Notes: generated by a model from the sequence alone, not told the origin. A DNA stretch of 63,436 bases, filler included, from Reticulomyxa filosa (GCA_000512085.1; 21 parts of 21 records of this genome joined end to end with filler, not necessarily neighbours in it); one strand, 5' to 3'; numbered from the whole stretch's first letter, positions 12,778 through 29,096 are shown. Translations and numbers: made by a program.

Positions 12778-14730
12778 NNNNNNNNNNNNNNNNNNNNNNN
12801 NNNNNNNNNNNNNNNNNNNNNTTAATTAATTAANNNNNNNNNNNNNNNNNNNNNNNNNNNNNNNNNNNNNNNNNNNNACCCACTCAAAAAAAAAAAAAAA
12901 AAAAAATTTTTGCGAAATTTTTGTCTTGTTTGGCTTGCAAATAAAAAAAATTCTTTTTGCAGTGGGACATATCAACAAATGGAATACCCAGTCTCAAAGG
13001 CTTGTCATTTTTTCCACACTCGACGGTACGTCCGTTTTTCTCGAATGACCACTTGAGAAGATTGTGCCTCAACAGCTCCACACTTTCCAGGTCACACACT
13101 CGAAAGGGTGTCGATCCTTCATTCGGAGTCTCATTTTTTTGTGTTCGTAAATGTCGACCTTCTATATCATCAGCCATCAGAACCTTTCTAGCATTGGTGA
13201 CTGTCTTTTTCATGCAAAGGGATCAGCAAGGAGCTACCAAAAAACTATCCACAAAATTTTTTTTTTATTAGTTCTTATTGTTAGCTCTTTCACAAGCGTT
13301 CATCTATCGAAAAAGAACAAATCTGTTAAATTTAGCATTAGAACGAGGGAAAGGTAAATGCATACTCACATACAAATTTTGTCGCATTTTTCTCTCCCTC
13401 CAAAAAAAAAAAGAGGGAGCAGATAATCGTAGCATCAAAAAAATTTAAAAACGTGTTTTTGTCGTTTAAAAATAAAAAAAATGACAAATCTGTCTAACTT
13501 CATTGCAAACATATATTTAACAAATTCGATGAAAAAAAGCAAGACAGTGTTAACAAGCGACATCGCGACCCACAGCAGCACATGCGGACACATAGATACA
13601 TTCACTCGATGACATAACAATAGTTGATATCGAAGACTCCGACAAATATGTCTACACTTGTGAAGCAAGGTTTGTTTATTTTTCTTTTTTTTATAATAAT
13701 CAAAATCTAAGATATTAACATTGAGTAAGTGCATATCATCAATTGGGACAAGTCGAAATTGCCAACGAAAATCTAGATCAATTGTATTATACTTTTCGAT
13801 GTTAGCATGAGAAATACATATCACCTTCAATGGCAAACATTATATATTTATCTAAAAATTCAATATTTATTTGGACAGTTACTCAATGTCATTATCAGCA
13901 ATCAATTCGGTCTGTTTTTAGATCAGATAATATCAAAGTTAATGCAATAGCAAATCATTTTCGGCAAATTCATATGTTACTTTTTTTCAACTTGTCATTT
14001 CTTAACAAATCACTAGCGAAAATGTATTAAATCTGTTACAAATTTGAAAATTCCTTTTTTTGAATTAATCTTTTTTTAATTAAAATAAATCCACATACAT
14101 TGGATTAAATTATTTGCAAAAAATTCAATGAAAAGATAGTTGAAGTATTTACAACGCCTTAGAGAAAACCAAATTTCTTAAAGATATTGTGGCAATAAAG
14201 AAAGGAAGTAGAAATAATTATTGCTTATTACTAATTATTGATGTATTTGGTTTAATCACGTTTCAATGTCTTTTATTGTGTTATTCATCTTCCATTTACT
14301 TAATTACTTTTGTTTTATCGAAAACATATATCTTTTTGAGTAAAATTTTTCATATTACATTTAGTGTAGTCTCTTATAAGCAGCAAACGTCACAAAATAT
14401 ATTGTAAACCTTTTTTAACAATTTAATATTCAAAATCGCTATAGCGAAAATATTTTTTATAAAGATGTCAATAATATAAGTGTCGCAGTAACAATGTAAG
14501 CATAATATATTTTCATAAGAACAAATAATATAAATGTCACTATTATAACAAAATGTTATAAGTATTCAAATAATATTCTCTTTTTTTAACAGTAGATTGC
14601 AAAGAAAACTGAACGCCTAAAACATATCTTNNNNNNNNNNNNNNNNNNNNNNNNNNNNNNNNNNNNNNNNNNNNTTAATTAATTAANNNNNNNNNNNNNN
14701 NNNNNNNNNNNNNNNNNNNNNNNNNNNNNN

Positions 14731-16231
14731 TCACACAATACACATTAGATGAATGTCCATCGAATGATTGAATTTGTTTGTTGTTATCAACATTCCATAC
14801 ACGAATTGTTTTATCCTCTGATCCAGAACAAATGAATTGACAATCATCAAATGTTGAATAATCAATACTCCGCACCCAATCAGTATGTCCAGTGAGTGTA
14901 TTGATTAATTTGGATGATGAACGAAACAAATCAAAATCGAATTTGGAGGGTGGATTAGAATCATTTTCCTTTTTATCTTCGTCGGTATGATGGATTTGAT
15001 TATTGTTGAACTGTGATTCTTTTTTCAATTGCTTAATTTCAGTAAGAATATTGTCCTGATTGGTGTAATTTGTTATTTGTTTGTGTTATAAAATAGGAAT
15101 AGCAAAAGAGAACGTACCAGTTGTTGTTTTAATATTTGATTATCATTGTTAATTTTTGAAATCTCTTCATTTTGTTTTTTTTTCATTTATTTCTTTTTCT
15201 GATTTCAAATGTTTGATTTCATCCTATGTTTGTTATTTATTTTGGATTGTCAATTCAAGAAATATTGCACACATTGATAATTTTTTTTTTTTTTAAGATT
15301 AGAAAATATTTACATTAAGTTTCGTGCATGCATCACATGTATTTTGGCATTGTTCAATTTGTTTTTTGAGTTGAGTAATATTCTGATTCATTTCTGATTT
15401 CACTTGTTGGATATCATTTTTCAATTCAATTATTTGTACATCCTTTTTCACAGATTCACGTTGTAAATCATCAATTTTTTCCTATTTATGTTTCAACAAT
15501 TCAAGCATTAATGAATGGAAATCAAATAAATATTGAAATAAAACTTTATACATTAAGTTGTTGAATTTCTGTATTACTTTTCAAATGCATCTCTTTTAAT
15601 TCATCCTTTTATATATACGTATATATATATTTGTGTTATATTTTTCCTTTATTTATTAATAGTAAATATTATAAAAATACAACAAAACTGCTTTCAGTTT
15701 TTCAATTTGCAATTGCAATTGCAACTCTTTGATCAATAAAATAATATGTTGAATTGAAATTAATTGACATTGTTTATCCAAATGATCTTTTATCTCCTTT
15801 ATTTTTCCTTTATAATTGCATTGATTTTCTTGTTCTTCTTTTTCTCCTAATATTGTTCCCTCTTTTGATTTTCTCTTTTTCAAGTCATATTGCCGAGGGC
15901 AGATTACCAATAAATCTGAAACTTGTTGTCTTATTATTTTATTTTTTGAAAATTTGCAATGATCGTGTTGTTGAATTGGACATTTTCCATTACTTTGTTT
16001 CAAATATCTTTGCAGACATTCTTCTCCAAATAAATACACTTGTTCTGCATTGTCATGTTCATCACAGTGCAATTCCACTGCGTTATTTGCAATTTGTTTG
16101 CAAATATAGCAGGTCAATGGGTTTACTTTCTCTGGTTTGTTAGTCAATAAAACCCAGTCTTTGTTATAACAACTAGAACTGAAAAATGTTTCTTTTTCAT
16201 GTTCTGAGTTTTTTTCATCGCTTCCCAACAT
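14731..16231 (-). CDS. RING + TRAF-type zinc finger + coiled-coil + WD40 protein (multi-exon, 3' partial)
   Basis: CYICKQ..LHCDEH..GEECL..KCPIQQH (RING-like); VICPRQ..CNYKGKIKEIKDHLDKQC (TRAF-type Zn finger); short coiled-coil exons; then GHTDWVRSIDYS..ICSGSEDKTIRVWN (WD40). Confidence 0.85.
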
Positions 16232-18891
16232 AATCCTTTTAGTTATTATGATAGAGTTTTTTTTTCTCCAAAAAAAAGTTTTGTTTAAAAAAGGGAAAAC
16301 CTGAAACTCTACTTTATAAAGTGGTTGTTTTAAAAAAGTGTGACAATTTCAATGAAAAACAAGAGAAAATTGAAAATAAAACTAAAAAAAGACGAAATAA
16401 TCATTTCAAAAGAAGAGTGGATATCTTCTAGAATTATCGATATAAGTATTGCAGTTGCGACAAAGAGATGCATATTATTTAATTTTGTTATTATATATTG
16501 AAATAAATTATATTTTTATTGCAATTATTTCTTGCATTCTTTTTCCCAAGAAGCAATTGGCATCAAGCTTTTTTAAAATGTTGAAAGAATGTGGAATTTG
16601 TTTGAAATGACTTGTCATACAATTTAACAAATTTATAATTTTCATTTTTTTAAAAGAATAAAACAGATATAATATTCCCTAATGTTATTTTTCAAATGAA
16701 AATTCATATTGTGATACAGTCAAGCAATAAAGAATGAACTGTCTTTTTCTGAACCGATTTTTCGACAAATGATAATGCAATCATACAAAAATTCTAATCA
16801 ATTGGTCTTTTTGTTCTACGCAATAAATACCAAGCAATTAGCAAAGCAATGAAAACGACTTTCAATTATTGTCAATCAAAAAAATAAAATTCCAATCCAT
16901 TTTATCATTATAGTACTTGTTTATTTTCTGTGTTTTTACGATAGAAACATTAAAAATGTTTTCATTAAAATCCGAAATAAATAATATATTAAAGATTTAC
17001 ATATTAGTCAAATAAAACGAACAAAATACTAGCTCGATAGACTAGTCACCTTTCCTTTTTCTTTTAATGGAAGAAGATACATTCAAAGAACGCCTGGAAA
17101 ATATTTTAATAAAAGAGAATTATGCGATTGAAATCGATGTATAGTGAGCATACGTAAAGAATCTGATCGAATTTCCTTTAAAAGAAGGTTTGATTGACGA
17201 AATTGAACATCCAATTTCACTTGTAACATTTAAAAGAGAAAGATAATGCTATTGGAAACGATATGTGTTTAGGGAAAAGACAGCAATTGATCTGAAGAGA
17301 ACCGAACGAGTGTTTGGAACTGAAAGTAGCCAAAAGTGGACAAATAACAGACTGCACCAATACAAGTTGGAAATCGCGTTGAATGAAATGGGGACTGCTG
17401 TTGGAGTGAATCCAAATGCACCGAGTTTATGTGCAAACGCTACGACAATAGGAAGTAAGTAATTGCTGAAAACTTACCATTTTATGTTGCTTTCGCATAA
17501 TTCGATTGAAATGTTTTATGATCGCCAATGGCAATGGCGCAAAATGGTATCGAAATATATATTATCTTGTCTTTTGTTATTTGCACTAATATTGAGTTAC
17601 TGCTTGTGGTGTGCTTACAGAAGTGGTTGAGTATATCATCACTGATAATATATACCACGAAAACTTTGAACAATTGGTTTAGTCTACTGTTAACAAGAGA
17701 GAAAATATTAATAATGTCTCTTGTTATTGCTAGTTTGTATACGTATTATCTTTTGACTTTCTAAATATTTTTAATTCATTGCATAAAAATAGAAATTATA
17801 CGGTTTTCCCTGTTGCACATTACTCTAAACTTATTTTTGTAACATTAATTAAAGAAAATATAAATAACATGATATACGAATCAAATGAATAAAAATATTG
17901 TATATCTTATTTATTTGTCATTGGAAAAAAAAAATTTATAATATTAATCAATCACAATTAGCATGCCAACATCGCTTTGTCAATATTTATTTACCTCATT
18001 TTTTTTTTTGCATTTCATGTATTAATGCCATAAATAAATGAATAACACTATGCATAAATTACTTTTGTCAATATGTCAAACTGTTCCAATACGTTTTTTT
18101 AACTGTAATTGAAACAAAAAAATAAAAAACTTACATTGTTTTTAGATATGTCACAATCTGACAATAATGAGACATTTATATATCACAACAAACAAATCAT
18201 TTTGAGTTATTATCTAACAAACATTTCACACAACAGGATTTTTCGTTATAATATAAAACAGGCAAAGTGATGTCCAAAATAAAATTTCTTATGGAGATGG
18301 TTGTAATGCAATCAAACGAAAATTTTTATTTTTTCTGATATGCAACAGTAAGAAACAACAGTCTCTTACAAACTAGTCATTACAACTGAGTAGTACCAAT
18401 ATCACCTTTTGTTCTTCAAGACCAGAAGTAAGTTGTTCGTTTAATCTCTGTAATTTGTTACAAAAGTGCTTACATGAAAGAAGAAAAAATAAAAAATCTG
18501 GAACTACCCCTTTTTAAGAAACCCTTTCTTAATTATGTTATTTTGACAAATATTTATTGCATTACAAAAAATTTTCATTTTTATTCTCATTAATTCAAAT
18601 TTTTTGATTTTTATTTTAAAAATACAAAATTTATCAAATATTAATATTATTATTTAAAAAAAAGTGTTACTGATAAACAACCATAAATACAATCCAAATA
18701 ATATTTATTCATGGCTTTATTTTGTTCATTCTTAAACATCTTAAATAATTTTTCTTTTTATAATCAAATAAATTATGATATTACTACTTTGNNNNNNNNN
18801 NNNNNNNNNNNNNNNNNNNNNNNNNNNNNNNNNNNTTAATTAATTAANNNNNNNNNNNNNNNNNNNNNNNNNNNNNNNNNNNNNNNNNNNN

Positions 18892-20397
<1,506 letters not shown>

Positions 20398-21230
20398 CGA
20401 AGCAAGGGATGATTGATGATGATATTGTAGACGCGCCCCTGTCTTGGCTTACTAATACCGAATATTCCAGCAACTTTTAAACAACCGAAAGAAAATGGAA
20501 GAAAAAATACACAAAAGTAGCAATAAAATTTCTAAAATAAAAACACAAACAAAAAGAATATGCTAAATTTGTTCTGTAATGTCGTATATTTACAGTAGTA
20601 AATTGATCGTTTTTAAACAAATTCTAAAATATTGGAAAATATAAAAGAAAAGAAAAATTCCAAGTTTAAACAGTGTCAATATTTGTCCCATTACATTCAT
20701 GCTACTCTTAAGTGAGTAAAATATTAGAGAACAGAACTCATTTTATTTTTTTTTATGTACAAAAAAGTTCATATGGCAAACAAAAAAGTACTTATTTTTA
20801 GAGGAATATAAATATTTTTGCTGACGGAGCAATCAATACAGTAACCAATAACAATCGTGCATCACATCAAGCATGGCCATCAACGTGTTGTTTGTCTGTA
20901 TTTTTTTCGTTTATTTCTGTTTTGTGATCTAATTTACAGCCATTTAGTTTCATATTTTGGTCATGGCGTCAGTCAATTATGAGCATCCAAAAATCAATTT
21001 CCACAGAATCCAATCACATTATGACAACAAGAAAAAAAAAAAAAGGACAAATTGAAAAGAAACACACTCCGATAATTCACCCCCGTGAAAAAACTATACA
21101 AAAAAAGACGCGAACGACTCATTGATGACAACAAACAAATAAAGGCAAAATGGGATATGTTACAAACAGTATGTATACGTGTGTTTTATGGTTGTTGCAA
21201 GTTGTAATTGACCGTCACAAGTTATTGTTT

Positions 21231-21268
<38 letters not shown>

Positions 21269-21368
21269 NNNNNNNNNNNNNNNNNNNNNNNNNNNNNNNN
21301 NNNNNNNNNNNNTTAATTAATTAANNNNNNNNNNNNNNNNNNNNNNNNNNNNNNNNNNNNNNNNNNNN

Positions 21369-22420
21369 TGGATACACTAGATATACTTGCAACGCACGTC
21401 CATATAATTACAACACACATCCATAATATTAAAAAAAATATAGGCCAAAGGCAACAACATTAAAATCCAGCAACACAAGGCGCAACGATTGTTATAACAC
21501 TTGTCGGGCGTGTACTGTTGAAGAACCAAAAGAGGATCTGTCACTATCTTTGGATAATTTCCACTTCTTACGATATGATCCCACGTGAAATTTGCTCTTC
21601 CATTGCAATCGTGCAAGATCATAAAAAAACAATACAATAAGGTAAGTATCAAAACCCATAGCCACATGTTGTTTATTGCATTAAAATCAAACAATGTTTT
21701 ATAGTGATCGTGCAACTTAGCAATTTCATAACAATTCCACGACGAATATAAAGCTATCTCTGTGGCGGAGTTGTTACCATGCGCTTGGTTCAAGTGCTCG
21801 ACGATATTTAATACCCGTATTGTAATTTCTCTGTCGTGTAGCAATGCGTACATGCAGCTGCAAGGAGTCTGTTGTTCGAGGTTTTGTCCCATCCATTGCT
21901 GTTGGAGTACGCATCCAAAGACTAGATACAGTACGGTGACAAAACTGACTATTCTTTTCAACAAGGTGACTGTCCAACTGCCAATGACAAACACAAAGCG
22001 TATCGTTTTATGCTTGCGACTGTATACAATGTCAAGTACAATCTCGATCACACTCAATACTATTGCACCTGCTATCCATAAGATTACAAGGAAAAGTCAT
22101 GGCAATAATCCCAACACACACTGAATATCACAAACAACAAGCTTCTGATGCAATTATTGCTGCTAATCCACGTTGCCAGAGTGTACGTATTTGATCGAGT
22201 TTCTAGTAGTAACTTTGAATATTTTCCTTCTTTTATCATTCGATTCCACGTGAAATCTCCTCTCCCGTTCAAGGACAACAACACATAGTCGTGCACGAGC
22301 GTAAAGAACTGTACAGCATGACAAACGTCGAAATCCAGTAATGTATATCTTGTTTGTGCAACTTGGCAAGCTCTCCCTTTCATTTGTGCAATCAAGTTTT
22401 CAGGTTTTTTCAAATTGGTG
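21369..22420 (-). pseudogene. Membrane protein with two internal repeats, disrupted
   Basis: LNGRGDFTWNRMIKEGKYSKL and CNGRANFTWDHIVRSGNYPKI repeat. The two ORFs are separated by a slip in a GT run (about 22115) and an in-frame TGA. Confidence 0.55.
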
Positions 22421-22829
22421 AGGAATATATTAGTAAAAAAAAATGAACATGTAATTCAAGTTTTTTTTTAGGAGTTTCNNNNNNNNNNNNNNNNNNNNNN
22501 NNNNNNNNNNNNNNNNNNNNNNTTAATTAATTAANNNNNNNNNNNNNNNNNNNNNNNNNNNNNNNNNNNNNNNNNNNNAGTCCTAAAGATAAAATGATGT
22601 TCTCATTCTTCGAATTTTTTTTAGAACAAATTTGGCAAAAAGGTTCAATAATGAAAAATGTTCATTGATTTTTCTTTCATTGAAAATTTTTTAAATAAAT
22701 CAATGTTACAGAAAAAAATGGAAAAATGAAAACGGCAAAACGCACACTTGTTTTTTTGTCCCTGTTCTACAAAAAAATTCAAATACTTTCTTGAAGTCTC
22801 AATGTCCTCCAGAAGAGTAGCCATAACCA

Positions 22830-23640
22830 TTGATCCAAAAGATATCTTATTGAGTTGAGTTGTTTAACATTTGAAACTTTGCAACAACAAATCATTGAAG
22901 TAAGTAAAAAGAACCAACAAGGAAAAGTATTGATTAAAATGATCGATTGTAATGGTCGTAAGATTAAAACCGACAAACAACTTCAATTGTTGGAAATAAT
23001 TAACAAATCCATTGGTATTATTACAGGATCAATGGGATCATATTTGGAAAATGCAAAATAAGATCTTTGTTTATTAAAAATATTTTTTAAGTATGAATTT
23101 GGTTTTCGCGTGTTCAATACTTTTAAAATGACAGAATCATTGAGTTGAATGATTTAATATCCAAACATTGTAATGATTATGATGGATTGATCTTTGTATG
23201 GTGTGGAAATGCATTGGTTACAACTGATAATAAAATGAAAGAGATTCAAAAACCAAAGATATTGATAAACATTTGTTAAAGGAAAGTATGTTATAAACAA
23301 GATGAAGATATGTTTATAATATTTGTGAATACGTCATTAGAACAAATGATGGATATCTTAGATAGAACGTGATAATGAAAAAACAGCAAGTCATTTTATA
23401 TCAATAAAGGTTTGATTTTGTTATGAAATATTGTTTTTGATCAAGAAATAAATCCAATTGAATTAATTTATTTAATTCCAAGAATAAATAATGATAATAG
23501 AAAATGGAAAAAAGCAAATCATTTATCAAAAATAATATTTTCAAAATTTAAATAAAGATATTGATGGATCATGTTGGAATTTGGGATTATCTTTTGAACA
23601 AAAAGGAGATATTGAAATGGCATATCAGTAATATAAAAAA
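22830..23640 (+). pseudogene. Caspase-like (C14) + TPR gene remnant
   Basis: Fragments in caspase order: YLENAK*DL.LL, YDGLIFVWCG (23178-23207), KPKILINIC, QDEDMFIIF, then TPR-like DGSCWNLGLSFEQKGDIEMAYQ. Many stops, frameshifts and deletions. Confidence 0.55.
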
Positions 23641-25058
23641 ATCATGAAAAATTCAAGCGATTTGTTGATTTGAAACCGACTTTGCATTGGATCACTTAAA
23701 AAAACTCCAATATATAAATCAGAAACAACTAAAGATAAATACAACAAAGATAGACTTTCAAAGAGGAATTAGTATCTTGGAAAAATGTAAAACTTTTCAG
23801 ATTTGTCCCAACTATCTCTGTTTGAAACAGAAGCGCTTGGTCCATTGAATGCAACATAAAAGCTGCATTGCGATGTTTGATCTTTCAAAGCAAGGTCCAG
23901 CAGCTTGTGTTGGATGGTGATATGTCGACAAGTGACAGGCCGTCAGAAATTCTGATATCCTCATTGGAGAAATCTACAGTATGAGACACAGCACGGTGAC
24001 GTTGGATTACAACAATAATCACTTACTGCACATATTCGGAGGTAGGAGCGATCAAGAGTATTTGGATTTTGGGTCTGTTCTTCAATCATTGCACATTGCG
24101 CAGCCAATAAGAGACCCACATTGATTAAAATGGAACCTTATCGTCGTGTGGTCTCACACTTATAATAATGGTAAAGACAGTAGGAAGGTTACAATGTCTT
24201 CAGTGGTGGTGAGTAAGTCTTTTGCCGATAACACACGGCCTGTGTTCCATTCATATCACTTCAACACGACAGCGAACAAATTCATCTTGAATCAATGCAT
24301 TGTCAGTTTTTCAGTTGAAATGGCATCTCAATTTGATGCTCCACACAAACATACACATATAACCCAAAATGAACTAATTCACATAGAGACGGTCACATGT
24401 CATATCGTAGTTTTTTGCACATTCAAAGGAACAATCTTTTCATCGTCTATTCAACGCAAAGTAATTCAATAGCTCTTTTTCTTTGAGGGTGTCAACATGG
24501 ACGATGTCTTGATCTTTTTTTTCTTGAATATTCGTTGGCCGTGTTCACTAGGTACGTGTCAATTACATCTTTCACAAACAAAGTATCGTACAACCAGGTC
24601 TTCTTTGATCGTGATAACTCTGATTCTCTTTGTGTGCATCCATCTCCACCTATATTTTTTGCACCTACTTGAAGGATTAGATCTCGTTTTGCTATGTGTC
24701 AGCGGCATTTTGTGTTGGATAATATTCATTCAGGCTATTTTGTTTTATAGAGAAAAATAAAATATATCAACATACATTAATTAACATAAAATTTCAACAC
24801 TTTGAAAATACAAAATTCAATGAAGACTGATTGACAGTATGCAAAGCCCACATATTGTAAATAATTGCATATTGATTCGCATTCTCTAAAGATTCTGGAC
24901 GCTTAATACTGTCTTGTGGTTGTTTGAGAACTTTGGAATATATCAAATTTAAATTTAAATTGCATATTTGCAACTAATTTCATCAAGATATTATTTGTCC
25001 AACTAAATTTTTTATTTGCTACTTTAAGTGTTTACTTTCACCTTTTTAAAAAGAGCCT

Positions 25059-25520
25059 ATGGAAAAACACAAGGAGCAATTCCAAGCTTTAGTGAAAAGC
25101 TTGGACACTTCACCCGCCTGGAACAAACTGCTGACAGCACACAAAATGGACAATCTTCGTTTTGGTGCGTTGTCAGAATGTCACTACGGCCAGGCCGTGT
25201 CGTTGCTGTGTTTTCAATTTTGCATGTATGGAAATGCGATCAACAACATGTGTTTTAATGCATCAGTAGCCGACAATCTCCCCCGCTTTGCACGTGACGT
25301 GAAAATAGCAATTGCGAGAGGAACATCATGGGTGGCACTCGATAAGAAAACAAATCGCGTCATGGGCGTTTTGCTTAGTCGTGATTTATTGGAGATGAAC
25401 GAGCCAAAAAGTGAATCAGACCTGCCGAACAATTATTTCCAACAAACTTTAAAAAATTTTTTTATTATAAAAGACCAATTAAAAAAGGATTGAATAGAAG
25501 TGCCTGTCAACAAAGTCAGA
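25059..25520 (+). pseudogene. GNAT/AANAT-like acetyltransferase N-terminal half, probably truncated
   Basis: Pattern HYGQAVSLL..QF and TSWVALDKKTNRVMGVLLSRD recalls GNAT strands b2-b3. Stop at 25491 with no acetyl-CoA-binding half evident. Confidence 0.35.
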
Positions 25521-27220
25521 GTATAATTTTGTGATCAATAAAACTTTTTTTTATTTCATTTTAAAATGAATCCTCAAAGCTATGTGTTGCAATAACGCGT
25601 GGGTACATTTAAGGTGGTCGATTATTCACAAGCTAACATCGCAGTTGCAAAAAAAGAATCTTTTATTTTCTCTGCCAAAAGGACGAATAAAATATGGTAA
25701 GAAAAAAAATGCATAAGGTAGCACTTGATAATAATTATAAATTAGAAAACGTTTTATTTTTATGTTTGTTTTTCTTAGTTACTTGAGAGTGTTACTGATA
25801 GAGCAATCAAATTGGTACTAAAAATATTTATTATTTTTTTCAATGTTTATTCTATAATATCAATACTTCAAAGAATGATATCTCTCACGCAAAAAAAAAA
25901 GTTATAATGTTTTCTGGTAATAAAAACTATGTCACATAAAGTGGTATCTTGTGTTTCACAATACTACCCATCGTTTTACTATTTCAAATATCATTCAACG
26001 TTTGCTTAGACATCACAACACTTTTCATGCAACAATGAGAAATTACCAATTTGATATTATTATGTAGTTGACCAAATGATGAAAAATCCATTATCATTAT
26101 GTCCAGGTAACTATATCATAGTTATTTATAAGCGTGTACGTCTTCAATGTTAGAGTCACTTAATGTTTGCAATATAATACAAAGTACAATGGAATTGCTT
26201 CATCGAAATTTGATTTCTTATTTGAATTCATTATTGATTGCTCAAAAATGTCTAAATCGATGGGCTATGAAACAGTGAAAATAGGCCTTTTAAGAGTATA
26301 GTGAATAGCAAATGTTTTGAATGAAATGAATAAACAGCACAGATGGAATTACTTTTTTTTCTTTCATAGTTTTGAATTAATCAGCACTATAAGGAACACT
26401 TAGAAAAAATCATCGATTATTTGGTTTTACAAATTGATCAGGTCAGTTTAAACAATGGCAATCTCCCCTCTGTTTTTTTCAATCATTTGAGCAACCATTG
26501 TAAGAATGAAAGGCGAATAGCGTTGGTATCGAGTGCAATACAGCAAATGCATCAAAAACAACAAAATTTTCAAAGTAACTTTACGTCTTTACATGCCATT
26601 TGAAAGTGTAGATTCAAAAACAAATTTTTCCTTGTAGTGTATCCCAATCGTCGGTTAAAAAGGCAGCTTTTAACTGTTAACTATTTCTATTTGCTTTTTT
26701 CCTAAGATGGTTACCGAAACAAACTTGAAAAGAGCTGCCTCACCAACAAAATAATATTAGATAACCAAGACAATGTAGACTGTTAACTTACAATCGACAG
26801 CAAAAAAAAAGACCCAAAAAGGGGCGTTCTTTGTGCAGTACTGAACTGAAAATGTCTGTTTTAAGACTTCAGAAATTACAAAAAATTGAATATTTTCATG
26901 AGTTGATATTATGAGTTATATTTAAACATAAAAATAGTGTGAATAAAATTGTGTGAATAAGCATGAGAAAAGATTGATTTATTATCTAAAGAGAATAGCA
27001 AAACTCATGCAAGCACAAAATAATGCAACCCATTCTGATTTTCTTTCTCCTACTCTTGCACATTTCCAAAAGAAGCCACGAAATCTATTAAATAAAAAAA
27101 AAAAAANNNNNNNNNNNNNNNNNNNNNNNNNNNNNNNNNNNNNNNNNNNNTTAATTAATTAANNNNNNNNNNNNNNNNNNNNNNNNNNNNNNNNNNNNNN
27201 NNNNNNCGGCAAGGTTTTCC

Positions 27221-27252
<32 letters not shown>

Positions 27253-27338
27253 AAAGAAATAATAAAAATAAAAAAAGATTTAACAAATTTCTCTCCCCTG
27301 TACAAATGATAAATGTTGACAAAATAAAAATAATAAAG

Positions 27339-28544
27339 AAGTTTCCAAGGAATTGACAAATACAAGCAATGATCCCATGCTGGTCGCTTCAATAATAGAA
27401 GCAGCGAAATCCTCAATGGGCAGTGATATCTCTGCAATCGATATTCTCAATATCCGTACGTTTGCAAAACGCGTCGCCAATTTGTACCAATTCCGTTCGT
27501 CGTTGCACCAATATCTATGCAGTCGTATGGAGAGCTGTGCGCCAAATTTGACTGCATTGATAGGAGAGCAAGTGGGAGCACGACTCATTTCAAAAGCAGG
27601 GTCCTTAGTCAAATTGGCCAAGTATCCCGCGTCCACTCTACAAATTTTGGGAGCAGAAAAGGCTTTGTTCCGAGCTCTGAAAAGCAGAGGGAAATGCAAC
27701 ACGCCCAAATACGGACTGATTTTCAATAGCTCGTTTATCACCAGAGCATTGGCCAAAAACAAGGGTCGCATTTCTCGTTATTTGGCAAACAAAGCCGCAA
27801 TGGCATGCCGATTGGATTGCTTTTTGGACAATCCAACGAACAAATATGGTTTGGCTTTCAAAGAGCAGGTCGAACAAAGATTGCAATTTTTCAAAACGGG
27901 GAAATTGCCAGAAACTAACTCTTCTATCATGGGCAAAGTCCGAAAGGGTATCGATGAAGACGAAGATGAAGATGAAGATATGCAAGATCTAGACAGCAAA
28001 CAAGCAAAGCCAGTCAAAACCAAAACCGGTAAAGATCAATTCCGATTATTTTTTTTTTTTTTTGTATTTTGTATTCATTGAGAAAATTCTGATCCATTAA
28101 AACACTCTTTTTTAAAAACAAAAAGCACAAAAAAGAAGTCGTGAGGAAGATGAAGAAGAGGACGAGGAAGAAGAAGAAGAAGAAAAAACTACAGCACCAC
28201 CAACCAAAAAAAGAAAAGTTACGAGTGAATCTGTAAAACCTGCCGCGAAACCAAAGAAGCCCCCAATGGATGAAGATGTATCTAGTGGCTCACAAAGTGA
28301 CGATGAAGCCGAGGAACCCAAACAGACAAAACCGAAACAAGCAGCCAAAAATGAGAAACACAAAAAAGAGTCCAGTGAGGAGGAAGAAGAAGACGAAGAA
28401 AGTGAAGAAGAGGACGATAATGAAGAAAAACTCAGAAAAGAAATGGAGGAAAAACTTAGAAAAGAAATGGAAGAAAAGCTGAAATTGGAAATGCAAAAAT
28501 TGACAGGCAAGAAAAAAGAAACCAAAAAAAAGAAAAAACAATAA
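27339..28544 (+). CDS. NOP56: Nucleolar protein 56, box C/D snoRNP (5' partial)
   Basis: [72 protein letters not shown] and RYLANK match NOP56 rather than NOP58. Intron 28029-28125 joins an acidic/Lys-rich tail in frame. Confidence 0.93.
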
Positions 28545-29096
28545 ACAACAATACAAAATAACATGTGCACTGTTGTGTAAATGAAACTAGTATTTTCATT
28601 GATTTGAATTAAACTTACAGCATACTGTGTTGGCTTATTGAAGCAAATGTCAATTGGACAGTCAAATGAATAAAACTTTAAATTTTCCGCGAAATTCATT
28701 TCATTTTCTATATATGTTAAAATTTCGTGTAAAAAGTTCTCAAAGATAAAAACAGATGAAAATGTAAAAACATTTTGTAATTGTATTTCTCCTGGTTATG
28801 TAGATATCCAGTTCAGTTATTTAATGAGCAGTGTATGTGGCCAAGCGATTCTATGATTTATGCAATGCGAGATTGCTCTCGTTTGTGAGTTTGTAATTTT
28901 CTTTTTCACATCGCAAATTATAGGAGCGCAAATTAGAGAAATCATAAAAACAAAGGGTTTCATTTCCCTCATTGTTTGATAAATAAACCATGATTTTTAA
29001 ATTGGAGATTGTGAAACATTAAGTAAAAATTCATTGATGAAAACAAAATGTGTGTGTTGTTGTGATACTCTATTTATTTAATAATAATAATAAGAA

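Noticed and set aside
12884-13836. ORFs on the 12878-14630 contig
   Set aside because: No recognisable motif and no consistent exon chain on either strand.
17040-17460. Possible PCI-domain (proteasome/eIF3) remnant
   Set aside because: Short, stop-ridden and too weakly similar to call.
23760-24700. Possible FERM-like decayed gene on the minus strand
   Set aside because: Coding-like composition, but stops in all frames and no firm motif.
21369-25520. TGA reassignment or readthrough suggested by in-frame TGA codons
   Set aside because: These TGAs lie in genes with other lesions. TGA terminates intact genes (162-164, 62053) and the long exons use TGG for Trp.
28029-28125. Intronic box C/D snoRNA in NOP56
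   Set aside because: A CTGA is present, but no RUGAUGA C box or terminal stem is seen.
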